Below, piece after piece: positions 10,033 to 18,658 of a DNA stretch of 55,708 nt. The stretch comes from Opitutaceae bacterium. GTDB taxonomy: Bacteria > Verrucomicrobiota > Verrucomicrobiia > Opitutales > Opitutaceae. Positions within the stretch are counted from its first letter, which is position 1. Each line of letters starts with the position of its first letter. The stretch is taken from the NCBI GenBank assembly GCA_035656575.1, contig DASRSH010000295.1, positions 1 to 55,708 of the forward strand. The letters run 5' to 3'. The notes beneath the pieces were generated by a model. The model worked only from the letters and a program-made list of their open reading frames with translations. It made no database searches and had not been told where the DNA came from. The position numbers were made by a program, and so were the translations under genes.

Positions 10033-10875
10033 ATGGCGTTTCCGCTCAAGAAGGTCCTCAAGGCCTGGCTCCTCTCCTCCAGCCAGCCGCTGTCCCTCAA
10101 GGACATTCAGGCGGCGTTCGCGCGCTTTCATGATCAGGACGAGGCGGGGCAGGAGCCGGCGGCGCCCGGAGAGGCCGAGGCGGCCGGCGCTTCGCCCCCC
10201 GAGGCCGGCGCGCCGGAAACGGCGGGGGCCCCCGACAGCGCGGAGGAGCCGGCATTGATTCCCGAATCCGCCGAGGAGGCCGAGCTTTACCGCGACGTCC
10301 CGTCGCTGGTCACGGCGGCGCAGATTCGGGAGGCCATGGACGAGATTGCGGCCGAGCTGAAAGCGGCGGACGACGGGCTGCTGCTCATCGAGGGGGCGAA
10401 CGGCTACCGCCTGGCGACGCATCCGCGGTTCGGCCGCTGGGTGCGGATTTTGCGCCAGGAGCCGCCCCCGGTGAAGCTGAGCCAGTCCTCGCTCGAGACC
10501 CTGGCCGTCATCGCCTATCGCCAGCCGGTGACCCGCGGGGAGATCGAGACGATCCGCGGCGTGGCCGCGGAGGCGGGGCTCAACCGGCTGACGGAGCGGG
10601 AGCTGATCGCGATCGTGGGCCGCGCGGAGCTGCCGGGACGGCCGATCCAGTACGGCACGACCGACAAGTTTCTCGAATTCGTCGGCATCCGCAGCCTCGA
10701 CGAGCTGCCCGCCTCGGACGTCCTGTCCTCGCGGCAGATCGACGAATGGCTGCGGAGCGCGCAAAACCCCTCCAAGCCGACGGACCGGGACATGGGCCTG
10801 GACGAGGAGCAGGGAGCCAAGGACGAGCCAACCGGAGTGGAAGCCGGCCGCGAGGCTCCGCCGTCCGGCGCCTGA
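10033..10875 (+). CDS. scpB: Segregation and condensation protein B
   Basis: C-terminal half SLETLAVIAYRQPVTRGEIETIRGV...GRPIQYGTTDKFLEFVGIRSLDELP is the ScpB winged-helix signature. Carries an acidic Pro/Glu/Ala-rich insert. Confidence 0.8.
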   Translation: MAFPLKKVLKAWLLSSSQPLSLKDIQAAFARFHDQDEAGQEPAAPGEAEAAGASPPEAGAPETAGAPDSAEEPALIPESAEEAELYRDVPSLVTAAQIREAMDEIAAELKAADDGLLLIEGANGYRLATHPRFGRWVRILRQEPPPVKLSQSSLETLAVIAYRQPVTRGEIETIRGVAAEAGLNRLTERELIAIVGRAELPGRPIQYGTTDKFLEFVGIRSLDELPASDVLSSRQIDEWLRSAQNPSKPTDRDMGLDEEQGAKDEPTGVEAGREAPPSGA

Positions 10876-10880
10876 CCGCC

Positions 10881-11960
10881 ATGGACCTGACCCCGCTGCG
10901 CGAAAAGATCGACCAGTTGGACCGCCAGCTGGTCGAACTGATCAACCAGCGGCTGGCGCTGGCGGCGGAGATCGGCAAGATCAAGCGCTCGACGGGCGGA
11001 GAGATCTATGTGCCGGAGCGCGAGGACGCGGTCCTGCGCAAGATCTGCGAGCAGAACCAGGGCCCCATCCGCAACGAGGCGCTGCGGGCCATCTACCGGG
11101 AGATCATGTCGGCCGCCATCGCCCTGGAGAAGCCGCTCCTGGTGGCCTACCTCGGGCCCGAGGCGAGCAACACCCACGCGGCCGCGATGCGCAAATTTGG
11201 GGCGAGCGTCGATTACCATGCGATGGCCGCGATCGGCGACATCTTCACCGCGGTCGAGAAGAGCGAGGCGGACCTGGCGGTGATTCCGATCGAGAATTCC
11301 ACCGAGGGCAGCGTGCGCGAGACCCTGGACAGCTTTGTCGAGAGCGACCTGAAGATCGTGGGGCAGCTCTATATGGAAATCACCCACGCGTTGATCAGCC
11401 ATTCGGGCCTCGAGCAGATCCGCCGGGTGTACTCCAAGGACCAGGCGCTGGCCCAATGCCGGAACTGGCTGCAGCGGCACCTGCCGCACGCGCAGCTGCT
11501 GGACGCCCCCAGCACCTCGCGCGCGGTGCAGATCGCCAAGGAGGACCCCGCCGCGGCGGCCGTCGCGGGGGAACTGGCCGCGGACTACTACGGCGTGCCG
11601 GTCGTGGCCCGGAACATCCAGGACCGGCCCGACAACACGACGCGGTTTTTCGTTCTCGGCCGCAAGGCCGCCGGATCGGCGGGGCCGGGCAAGGACCTCA
11701 CCAGCTTCCTGGTTTCGCTCGGCGACGAGGCCGCGAGCCATTCCGGGGCGCTGCTGAAGATGCTGATGCCGCTGGCCGAACGGCAGATCAACCTGTCCAA
11801 GATCGAATCGCGCCCGAGCAAGAAGCGGCCCTGGGACTATTACTTCTTTCTCGACGTGACCGGGCACCACGACGACGCCAACATGAAGGCGGCGCTGGCG
11901 GAATTGAAGCGCTTCTGCCCGATGGTGAAATGGCTGGGCAGCTACCCGGCCGTGAGCTGA
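10881..11960 (+). CDS. pheA: Bifunctional chorismate mutase / prephenate dehydratase (P-protein)
   Basis: Track ORF 10746..11960 trimmed to the ATG at 10881. LREKIDQLDRQLVELINQR (CM type 2), then IPIENSTEGSV, TRFFVL and ESRPSKKRPWDYYFFLD (PDT + ACT). Confidence 0.9.
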   Translation: MDLTPLREKIDQLDRQLVELINQRLALAAEIGKIKRSTGGEIYVPEREDAVLRKICEQNQGPIRNEALRAIYREIMSAAIALEKPLLVAYLGPEASNTHAAAMRKFGASVDYHAMAAIGDIFTAVEKSEADLAVIPIENSTEGSVRETLDSFVESDLKIVGQLYMEITHALISHSGLEQIRRVYSKDQALAQCRNWLQRHLPHAQLLDAPSTSRAVQIAKEDPAAAAVAGELAADYYGVPVVARNIQDRPDNTTRFFVLGRKAAGSAGPGKDLTSFLVSLGDEAASHSGALLKMLMPLAERQINLSKIESRPSKKRPWDYYFFLDVTGHHDDANMKAALAELKRFCPMVKWLGSYPAVS

Positions 11961-12002
11961 GCCGGCCGCGGCCCGCCGTTCCGAATCGGAAAGTCTGGGG
12001 CC

Positions 12003-12872
12003 ATGGTGATCGACGCGCACGTCCACTTGTATTGGCCGGCGCTGAACGCGGATCCGGGGGCCTGGGCGTCGGCCCGCGGCGAGGCGCATTGGGCGGATCT
12101 GGCCACGCGGCGGCGAAAGGATGGCCGGCCCGTGCAGCTGTTCCCCGACGTGGGCGCGCTGCTGCGCGAAATGGACGCCGCGGGCGTCGACCGCGCCGTC
12201 CTGCTCGGATGGTACTGGGAGACCGCGCGCAGCTGCGAGGAGCAGAACGCCTTTTTTGCGGAGTGCGTGCGCGCTCATCCCGACCGGCTGGCGGCGGCCG
12301 TCACGGTGCATCCGCCGTCCGGCGCCGCGCATGTCGAACGCGAGTTTGAGCGCGCCCGGGAGGCGGGATTCCGCGGGGTGGGCGAGCTCTCCCCGCACGC
12401 CCAGGGCCATCCGCTCGATCATCCCGCGTTTGCCCGCGCGCTCGCGCTGGCGGGTTCCGCCGGCTGGCCTGTCACCTTGCATGTGACGGATCCCTCGGCC
12501 CGGCCCTATCCGGGCCAGGTCTCCACCCCCCTTGAAGACTTTGACCGGCTGGCGCGGGAGTTTCCCGCCACCACCTTCATCCTGGCCCACTGGGGAGGTT
12601 TTCCTCCCTGGCGCCAGCCCAACGTCTATTGCGACACCGCCGCCTCGCCGCTGTCGCACGGGCCGGACGTCTGGCGGCGGGGCGTGGGCGCGCTGGGCGC
12701 GGACCGGGTCCTCTTCGGCTCCGATTTTCCGCTCCGGCTGTATCCGCGGCTCGAAGACGGCGCCGGGATGGCCCGCGCCGCGCAGGAGGCCCGGGCGGGG
12801 CTGGCCCCGGCGGAGGCGGCGGCCGTGCTCGGCGGCAATGCGGCGCGGTGGTTCGGCCGGCGGCCGCGCTGA
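12003..12872 (+). CDS. Amidohydrolase-2 family metal-dependent TIM-barrel hydrolase
   Basis: MVIDAHVHLYWP... (HxH metal motif), ...ILAHWGG..., ...VLFGSDFPL..., the typical PF04909-like pattern. Confidence 0.7.
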   Translation: MVIDAHVHLYWPALNADPGAWASARGEAHWADLATRRRKDGRPVQLFPDVGALLREMDAAGVDRAVLLGWYWETARSCEEQNAFFAECVRAHPDRLAAAVTVHPPSGAAHVEREFERAREAGFRGVGELSPHAQGHPLDHPAFARALALAGSAGWPVTLHVTDPSARPYPGQVSTPLEDFDRLAREFPATTFILAHWGGFPPWRQPNVYCDTAASPLSHGPDVWRRGVGALGADRVLFGSDFPLRLYPRLEDGAGMARAAQEARAGLAPAEAAAVLGGNAARWFGRRPR

Positions 12873-13096
12873 TCGCCGGTCACCGCCGCCAGGATCTGGC
12901 GGGCGGCCGACACGCTGCGCCAGGCATGGCCGGCGACCAGGTCCAGCTGGCGGCGGGCGTCGGGATCGGCGACGCGGCGCCGGAGGACCTCGACCGACAG
13001 CAGGATGGGGGCGAGGGAGTTGTTCAGTTCGTGGACGGTTTCGCCCAGATCGAAGCGGAGGGCGTCCAGGGCGGCGGCGGGGGAAAGCAGGGTCAT
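12626..13096 (-). CDS. Stand-alone HisKA/DHp-like ORF (histidine-kinase phosphoacceptor helix pair with no ATPase domain); possible remnant
   Basis: From the ATG at 13096: MTLLSPAAALDALRFDLGETVHELNNSLAPILLSVEVLRRRV...ARRQLDLVAGHAWRSVSAARQIL. The H-box HELNNxLxxI resembles the HNLNNLL box of the kinase at 35716..36921. GC3 is high in this part. The C-terminal ~80 codons overlap the 3' end of the convergent amidohydrolase gene and look like a stop-free low-complexity run. Confidence 0.35.
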   Translation of the reverse strand: MTLLSPAAALDALRFDLGETVHELNNSLAPILLSVEVLRRRVADPDARRQLDLVAGHAWRSVSAARQILAAVTGDQRGRRPNHRAALPPSTAAASAGASPARASCAARAIPAPSSSRGYSRSGKSEPKRTRSAPSAPTPRRQTSGPCDSGEAAVSQ

Positions 13097-13298
13097 GGCA
13101 GCACCCAGGGCGCCGCCTCCGGGCCCCCCGTGCAAGCGGCCCGATTACCGTGAATCCGGTAGCGTTGTTCCCATTTCATGAAACGTTTGGCCCGAAAGGG
13201 TGTCTGCCCCGTGCGATGGCCGGGTGCGCGCGGGGATTTTCACTATTGCCAAGCGGGGAGATTTGCCGCGGGCTGACCCTTCGATTTTTCGCTGACTT

Positions 13299-14720
13299 GT
13301 GATCCGCTTCGCCCTGTGCCTGGCGGCGCTGGCCGCCGTTTCCCCTCTTCCCGCGTTTCCCTTCTGGCAGCGGCACGCGTCCGACCGCCCCGTGCTTGAC
13401 GCGGACCCGGACGTGGACGGCACGATGCCGGAGGACTATCTGCCGGGCCTGAAGGATATCGTGGATGCGGCGGGCAAGGAGTCGCCCCAGCTGGTGGCCG
13501 ACGCGCTGAGCGTCGATATCGCCGACGCGCAGAAGCTCTACAACGGCGTCGCCCCGATGCTGCCCAATGTCGCCGGATGGTCCCAATACGGCGACAGCAT
13601 CAGCAAGGTGGCGGCCGACGCCGGCGCCAATACGACCAGCCGGGGGCTGCAGTACGACTTCGCCGCCCACCAGCCGGTGTTCCACTGGGGGCAGCTGCGC
13701 GACCGCCTGGTGCAAAGCCAGATCAGCCTCGCCATGAGCGAGCGCCGGTACGCCACCGGCTACCAGCAGTTCATCGGCGGCCTGCGCCGCCAATATCTGG
13801 CGCTGATCACCGACAAGATCGCCTGGCGCAACACCCAATTCACCCTGGACATCCGCACCCGGGCGCTGCGGGCGCTCGAGGGCCAGGCCAAGGCGGGCGC
13901 CGTGCCGCCCTCGACCCTGCAGGGGGCGCAGCTCGACTACGACGACGCGAAGCTCGCGGCCGACCAGCAGGAAGAGGCCTATGGCTTCGCCCGCCGGCAG
14001 CTCGCCCGGCAGATCGGGCTGGCCGATCTGCCCGACGCCAGCATCCCGCTCGACGTGCCCGAGCCGAAATTCTCCCGGCCGGGAGCGGACAACCTGCTGG
14101 CCGACGTGATGCGCACCGGGGCCCGCTACCTCGGCGACACCCAGATCTCGCTGCTGCAGATCCGCGACTCCGCCCTGGATTACGATTACTGGAAGGTGAA
14201 CCTGATGCCCATGTTCCAGATCGAGGGCGAGCTGAACCAGCAGAATGCGACCAACGCGACGCCGACGTCGGTGCAGCAGACCGCGATCACCCAGGAAAAC
14301 CTCTACTTCCGCGCCGACTGGAACATCTTCGACGGCTTCGGCACCCGCGGGCGCAAGGAGGAGGCGCTGCTGTCCCGGCGCCAGGCTGAGCGCGAATTGA
14401 AGGTGCGCGTCGACCAGGAGCTGGACGCGGCGCAGAACGCCGAGCATAACGTCGAATTCGCCTGGCGCGCGCTGCAAACCACCAGCGTGCGCGCCGCCAT
14501 CGCCCATTCCGCCCTGCTCTTCGCGGAGCAGGACCGGGCCCGCGGGGCGGGGACGGACGAAGCGGTTGCCGCCGCGCGCAGCAACGACTACAACTACCAA
14601 TACAACCTGATGACCGCGCGTACCACTTTTCTGGCGACATGGGCCGATTTCGTCGCCCTGACCGGCCACGATCCCGCGCTCAACGCGCTGCCCGCCCGCT
14701 ATGTCCGCCCCGTCCAATAG
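13299..14720 (+). CDS. TolC-family outer membrane efflux protein
   Basis: GTG start with a signal peptide (MIRFALCLAALAAVSPLPAFP). Two-repeat coiled-coil-rich OEP-like sequence (Q/A/L/R-rich heptads; ...FDGFGTRGR...). First gene of the efflux operon. Confidence 0.75.
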   Translation: MIRFALCLAALAAVSPLPAFPFWQRHASDRPVLDADPDVDGTMPEDYLPGLKDIVDAAGKESPQLVADALSVDIADAQKLYNGVAPMLPNVAGWSQYGDSISKVAADAGANTTSRGLQYDFAAHQPVFHWGQLRDRLVQSQISLAMSERRYATGYQQFIGGLRRQYLALITDKIAWRNTQFTLDIRTRALRALEGQAKAGAVPPSTLQGAQLDYDDAKLAADQQEEAYGFARRQLARQIGLADLPDASIPLDVPEPKFSRPGADNLLADVMRTGARYLGDTQISLLQIRDSALDYDYWKVNLMPMFQIEGELNQQNATNATPTSVQQTAITQENLYFRADWNIFDGFGTRGRKEEALLSRRQAERELKVRVDQELDAAQNAEHNVEFAWRALQTTSVRAAIAHSALLFAEQDRARGAGTDEAVAAARSNDYNYQYNLMTARTTFLATWADFVALTGHDPALNALPARYVRPVQ

Positions 14721-15885
14721 CCCTCCGCCCCGCTCCCGGCGCGGGCTGGTGATCGCCCTGGCGGTGGTCGTCCTGCTCGCGGCCGGCGGCTACGCGGGGT
14801 TCGAGGCCCTGCGCCCCCTGGCGGTGGTGGAGCCGGTGGTGAGCGGCCGGGCGATCGACGCCAAGCCGGGCAGCGTGACCGTGGCCGAGGACTACGCCCT
14901 GGACATCAAGGCGGAGCTGGGCGGGCGCATCCTCGACCAGGATTTCAATCTCCGTCTGGGCCAGACGGTCCGCCGCAACCAGCCGCTGCTGCGGCTGGAT
15001 CCCAAGGACCTGGAGCTGGCGCTGGCGAAAACCGAAATCGACTACCACGCGACGCTCGCCCGCTACCAGGCGGACCAATCCCAGAAGTACGACCTCGAGG
15101 CCGCCAAGGTCGACCTGACCAACGCCGAGCGGGCGCACGCGATCGGCTCCATGTCCGACCAGGACCTGGCGGCCCACCAGCGCAGCTGGGATTTGGCGCT
15201 GCAGACCGCCAAGCTCGACCAGATCAACCGCAAACAGGTCCTGGAGACCTTCGAAAACACAATCGATACGCAGAAGCGCCAGATCGAGAAGATGACCCTG
15301 TACGCGCCGGTCGACGGCGTGGTCAAGGCGGTGATGGCGCATCCGGGCGAACTGATCGACGCCAACACGCCGATCGCGACCCTGATCACCCTGAAGAAGA
15401 ATGTGGTGGGCAAGATCTCGGACGAGAACTTCGCCGAGATCCGGGTGGGGCAGAAGGCCAGCGTCACCTTCATTCCCTATGGCGGCAACGTCTTCAACGG
15501 GACGGTGACGCAGATCCTGCCGACGACCGATCCGCAGACCCAGCGCCACATCGTGTACCTTGACGTGACGGACATCCGCCCGGAGCAGCTCATTCCCGGC
15601 ATCAACGGCGAGCTCAGCGTCACGGTGGGCGAGCATGTCGCGCGCTGCGTGGTGCCGCGGCGCGCGGTCTTCACCACCGACGGCGACAATGTCTACGTCG
15701 TCCAGGACGGCGTCGTGCACCGGCGGCGCATCACCGAGGGCTACGTCTGGGCGAGCGGCGTGGAGGTCCTGTCCGGGCTCGAGCCGGGCGAACAGGTGAT
15801 TGTGGAGGGCCTCGAGGACTTCCGCGACGGCGACCATGTGCGCGTGCAGGCCGTGCCGTCGGACGTCACGCACCGCACGGAATGA
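14701..15885 (+). CDS. HlyD/MacA-type periplasmic adaptor (membrane fusion protein)
   Basis: N-terminal TM anchor (LVIALAVVVLLAAGGY), lipoyl-like halves (...GQTVRRNQPLLRLD... / ...LYAPVDGVV...), a long coiled-coil and a beta-barrel C-terminus. Overlaps the tolC-like gene by 20 nt. Confidence 0.8.
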   Translation: MSAPSNSPPPRSRRGLVIALAVVVLLAAGGYAGFEALRPLAVVEPVVSGRAIDAKPGSVTVAEDYALDIKAELGGRILDQDFNLRLGQTVRRNQPLLRLDPKDLELALAKTEIDYHATLARYQADQSQKYDLEAAKVDLTNAERAHAIGSMSDQDLAAHQRSWDLALQTAKLDQINRKQVLETFENTIDTQKRQIEKMTLYAPVDGVVKAVMAHPGELIDANTPIATLITLKKNVVGKISDENFAEIRVGQKASVTFIPYGGNVFNGTVTQILPTTDPQTQRHIVYLDVTDIRPEQLIPGINGELSVTVGEHVARCVVPRRAVFTTDGDNVYVVQDGVVHRRRITEGYVWASGVEVLSGLEPGEQVIVEGLEDFRDGDHVRVQAVPSDVTHRTE

Positions 15886-17122
15886 CGCCCAACCTGCGCA
15901 TCGCGATCCGCTTCCTGACGGCGAAGAAGCGGTCCATGCTGATGAGCTTTTCGTGCATCATCCTCGGCGTGGGCCTGTACGTCGTCACCCAGGCCACGAC
16001 GAGCGGATTCCAGGGCTATTTCATCAAGACCATCCTGGGGACGGACGGAGCGGTCCGGATCGCGGACAAGCTGCAGGCGACGATGCAGACGATCGCGGCC
16101 GGCGGGTACAATTCCGGCTTCGACATCCAGGACATCGGCTTCAAGCACATCGAGGGCATCGACTATCCGGAGCAGCTCAAGGCGACCCTGCGCACCTTCC
16201 GCAACGTCGACGCCATCTCCGAGGTGCTGCGGGGCTCGAACATCACGATCCGCAGCCCCTTCAAGGACGATGTCGTTCAGGTGTACGGCATCAATGTGAA
16301 CGATCACCGGAGGGTGTCGGACATCGGCAGCCAGATCGTGGCCGGTTCGCTTCTGGCCTTCAGCACGAGCGCGGACGGGGCGATGCTGGGGCGCGACATG
16401 GCCGACCGCCAGCACCTGCAAGTGGGTGACAGCTTCGAACTGGTGACCGCGGATCAGACGCGGCGGTTTTGGGTGCGGGCCATCTATCAGACCGGAGTCG
16501 AGGACATCGACCGGGTCCGGCTTTACCTCAACATGGAGCAGGCGCGCTCGCTGCTGGAGAAGCCCACCGGGGTCTCCTATCTGCAGGTCAGCCTGCACGA
16601 CGTGAACCGGGCGGACCGGGATGCGGGGTGGATGCAGGGCGTGCTGGGCTACGAGGTCGCCGCCTGGCAGTTCCGCGAGCGCACCTGGCTGCAGGTGTTC
16701 AAGATGCTCAGCATCTCGACCGGCATCACGGTGTCGGTCTTCGCGCTGATCGCGGGCCTGGCCATGTGGACGACCCTGGCGATGATCGTCTATGAAAAGA
16801 CCAAGGACATCGCGATCCTCCGCTCGATGGGCTATAGCCGCGCGGACATCTCGATGATTTTCCTGTGGCAGGCGGCCATCGTGCTGGTCGTCGGCTGCAC
16901 CATCGGCTGCATCCTGGGCGCGGGGGTGACCTACGCCGTTTCCCAGGTGCCATTGCAAATTCGCGGCATTTTCGCGGCCAACCACCTGATCGTCCAGTGG
17001 AACAAGTGGCATTATATCCAGGCCGTCGGAATCTCGGTGCTCATGGTGATGGTCGCCAGTCTGGTGCCGGCCCGCCGGGCGGCCCGGCTTGAGCCGGGCG
17101 ACATCATCCGAGGCACCGCGCA

Positions 17123-17126
<4 letters not shown>
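15882..17126 (+). CDS. FtsX/MacB/LolCE-family ABC transporter permease
   Basis: LRIAIRFLTAKKRSMLMSF..., a large periplasmic domain, then C-terminal FtsX TM helices (AILRSMGYSRADI...). ATGA overlap with the upstream gene. Confidence 0.8.
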
Positions 17127-17794
<668 letters not shown>

Positions 17795-18004
17795 CCGGGG
17801 CGAGACGGGGATTGCCTCTGGCCCCGGGGAAGCGCTGGCACGCCGCCGCCACCAAATTAGGTAAACCGCCGGACGCGCCAGTCGGAACTTATTCTTGGCC
17901 GAAACGGGCCCCCGCCTGAAAAAAGGGTTTACATCCTTGGAGGCGAGCCGTTTGGTTTGTCGCTCCTTTTCCCGCACCCGGAGCTCCACGCGAACTCAGG
18001 ATCC

Positions 18005-18658
18005 ATGTCGAAACTTTACCCGAAGTCGGTCAACAAGCTGCCGCTCCAGATCATCGTCTATCTGTTTGTGCTGAGCGGCCTGATCACCGCCGGGGCGACG
18101 TACTACATGACCCCGAAATACACGCGGGTCGGTTACAGTCCCATCCAGCCGGTGCCTTACAGCCACGCCATTCACGCCGGCCAGCTCGGGATCGATTGCC
18201 GGTACTGCCATAGCAACGTGGAGACCTCCGGCTTCGCCAACCTGCCCACCGCGCAGACCTGCATGAACTGCCACGACCAGGTCAAGGCGAACAGCCCGCT
18301 GCTGGCGGTGGTGCGCGAAAGCTACCGCACCGGCCGCCCCGTGCCGTGGATCCAGATCCACCAAGTTCCCGATTTCGTCTATTTCAACCACGCCGTGCAC
18401 GTCTCGCGCGGCATCAGCTGCGTCGACTGCCACGGCCGCATCGACCAGATGGATGTCGTCTCCGAGGCCAAATCCCTGGCGATGGGCTTCTGTCTGGATT
18501 GCCATCGCGATCCCGAGGCCCACCTTCGCCCCCGCAACGAGGTGACCAACCTCGCGTGGAAGGCGCCCTCGCCCCAGGCCCAGCTCGCGATGGGCCTCAA
18601 GTTCAAGCACGACTGGAACATCAATCCTCCGCAAAGCTGCTCCGGCTGCCATCGATGA
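18005..18658 (+). CDS. actA: Alternative Complex III pentahaem cytochrome c subunit
   Basis: Track ORF 17957..18658; start taken at the ATG at 18005 (MSKLYPK...). N-terminal TM helix plus five CxxCH motifs: CRYCH, CMNCH, CVDCH, CLDCH, CSGCH. Confidence 0.85.
   Translation: MSKLYPKSVNKLPLQIIVYLFVLSGLITAGATYYMTPKYTRVGYSPIQPVPYSHAIHAGQLGIDCRYCHSNVETSGFANLPTAQTCMNCHDQVKANSPLLAVVRESYRTGRPVPWIQIHQVPDFVYFNHAVHVSRGISCVDCHGRIDQMDVVSEAKSLAMGFCLDCHRDPEAHLRPRNEVTNLAWKAPSPQAQLAMGLKFKHDWNINPPQSCSGCHR

Noticed and set aside
13174-13183. 10-bp perfect palindrome TTTCATGAAA upstream of the TolC/HlyD/ABC operon, as a possible operator.
   Set aside because: It is short, AT-rich and plausible by chance. No adjacent TetR/MarR-type regulator gene supports an operator role.
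17795-17827. CCGGGGC...GCCCCGG 7-bp stem immediately after the ABC ATPase stop, as a terminator.
   Set aside because: The loop is 19 nt, the stem is short and there is no U-tract. GC-rich 7-mers pair by chance often in this genome.
17836-17851. TGGCAC string upstream of the ACIII operon, resembling a sigma-54 -24 element.
   Set aside because: The required -12 element (TTGC, five nt downstream) is absent; the sequence there is CGCCA. A single hexamer match is expected by chance.
17928-17956. TTTACA-N17-TTTGGT, a possible sigma-70-type promoter about 50 nt upstream of actA.
   Set aside because: The -10 matches TATAAT at only 3 of 6 positions, and the promoter consensus for this lineage is unknown to me. 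That is not enough to call a feature.
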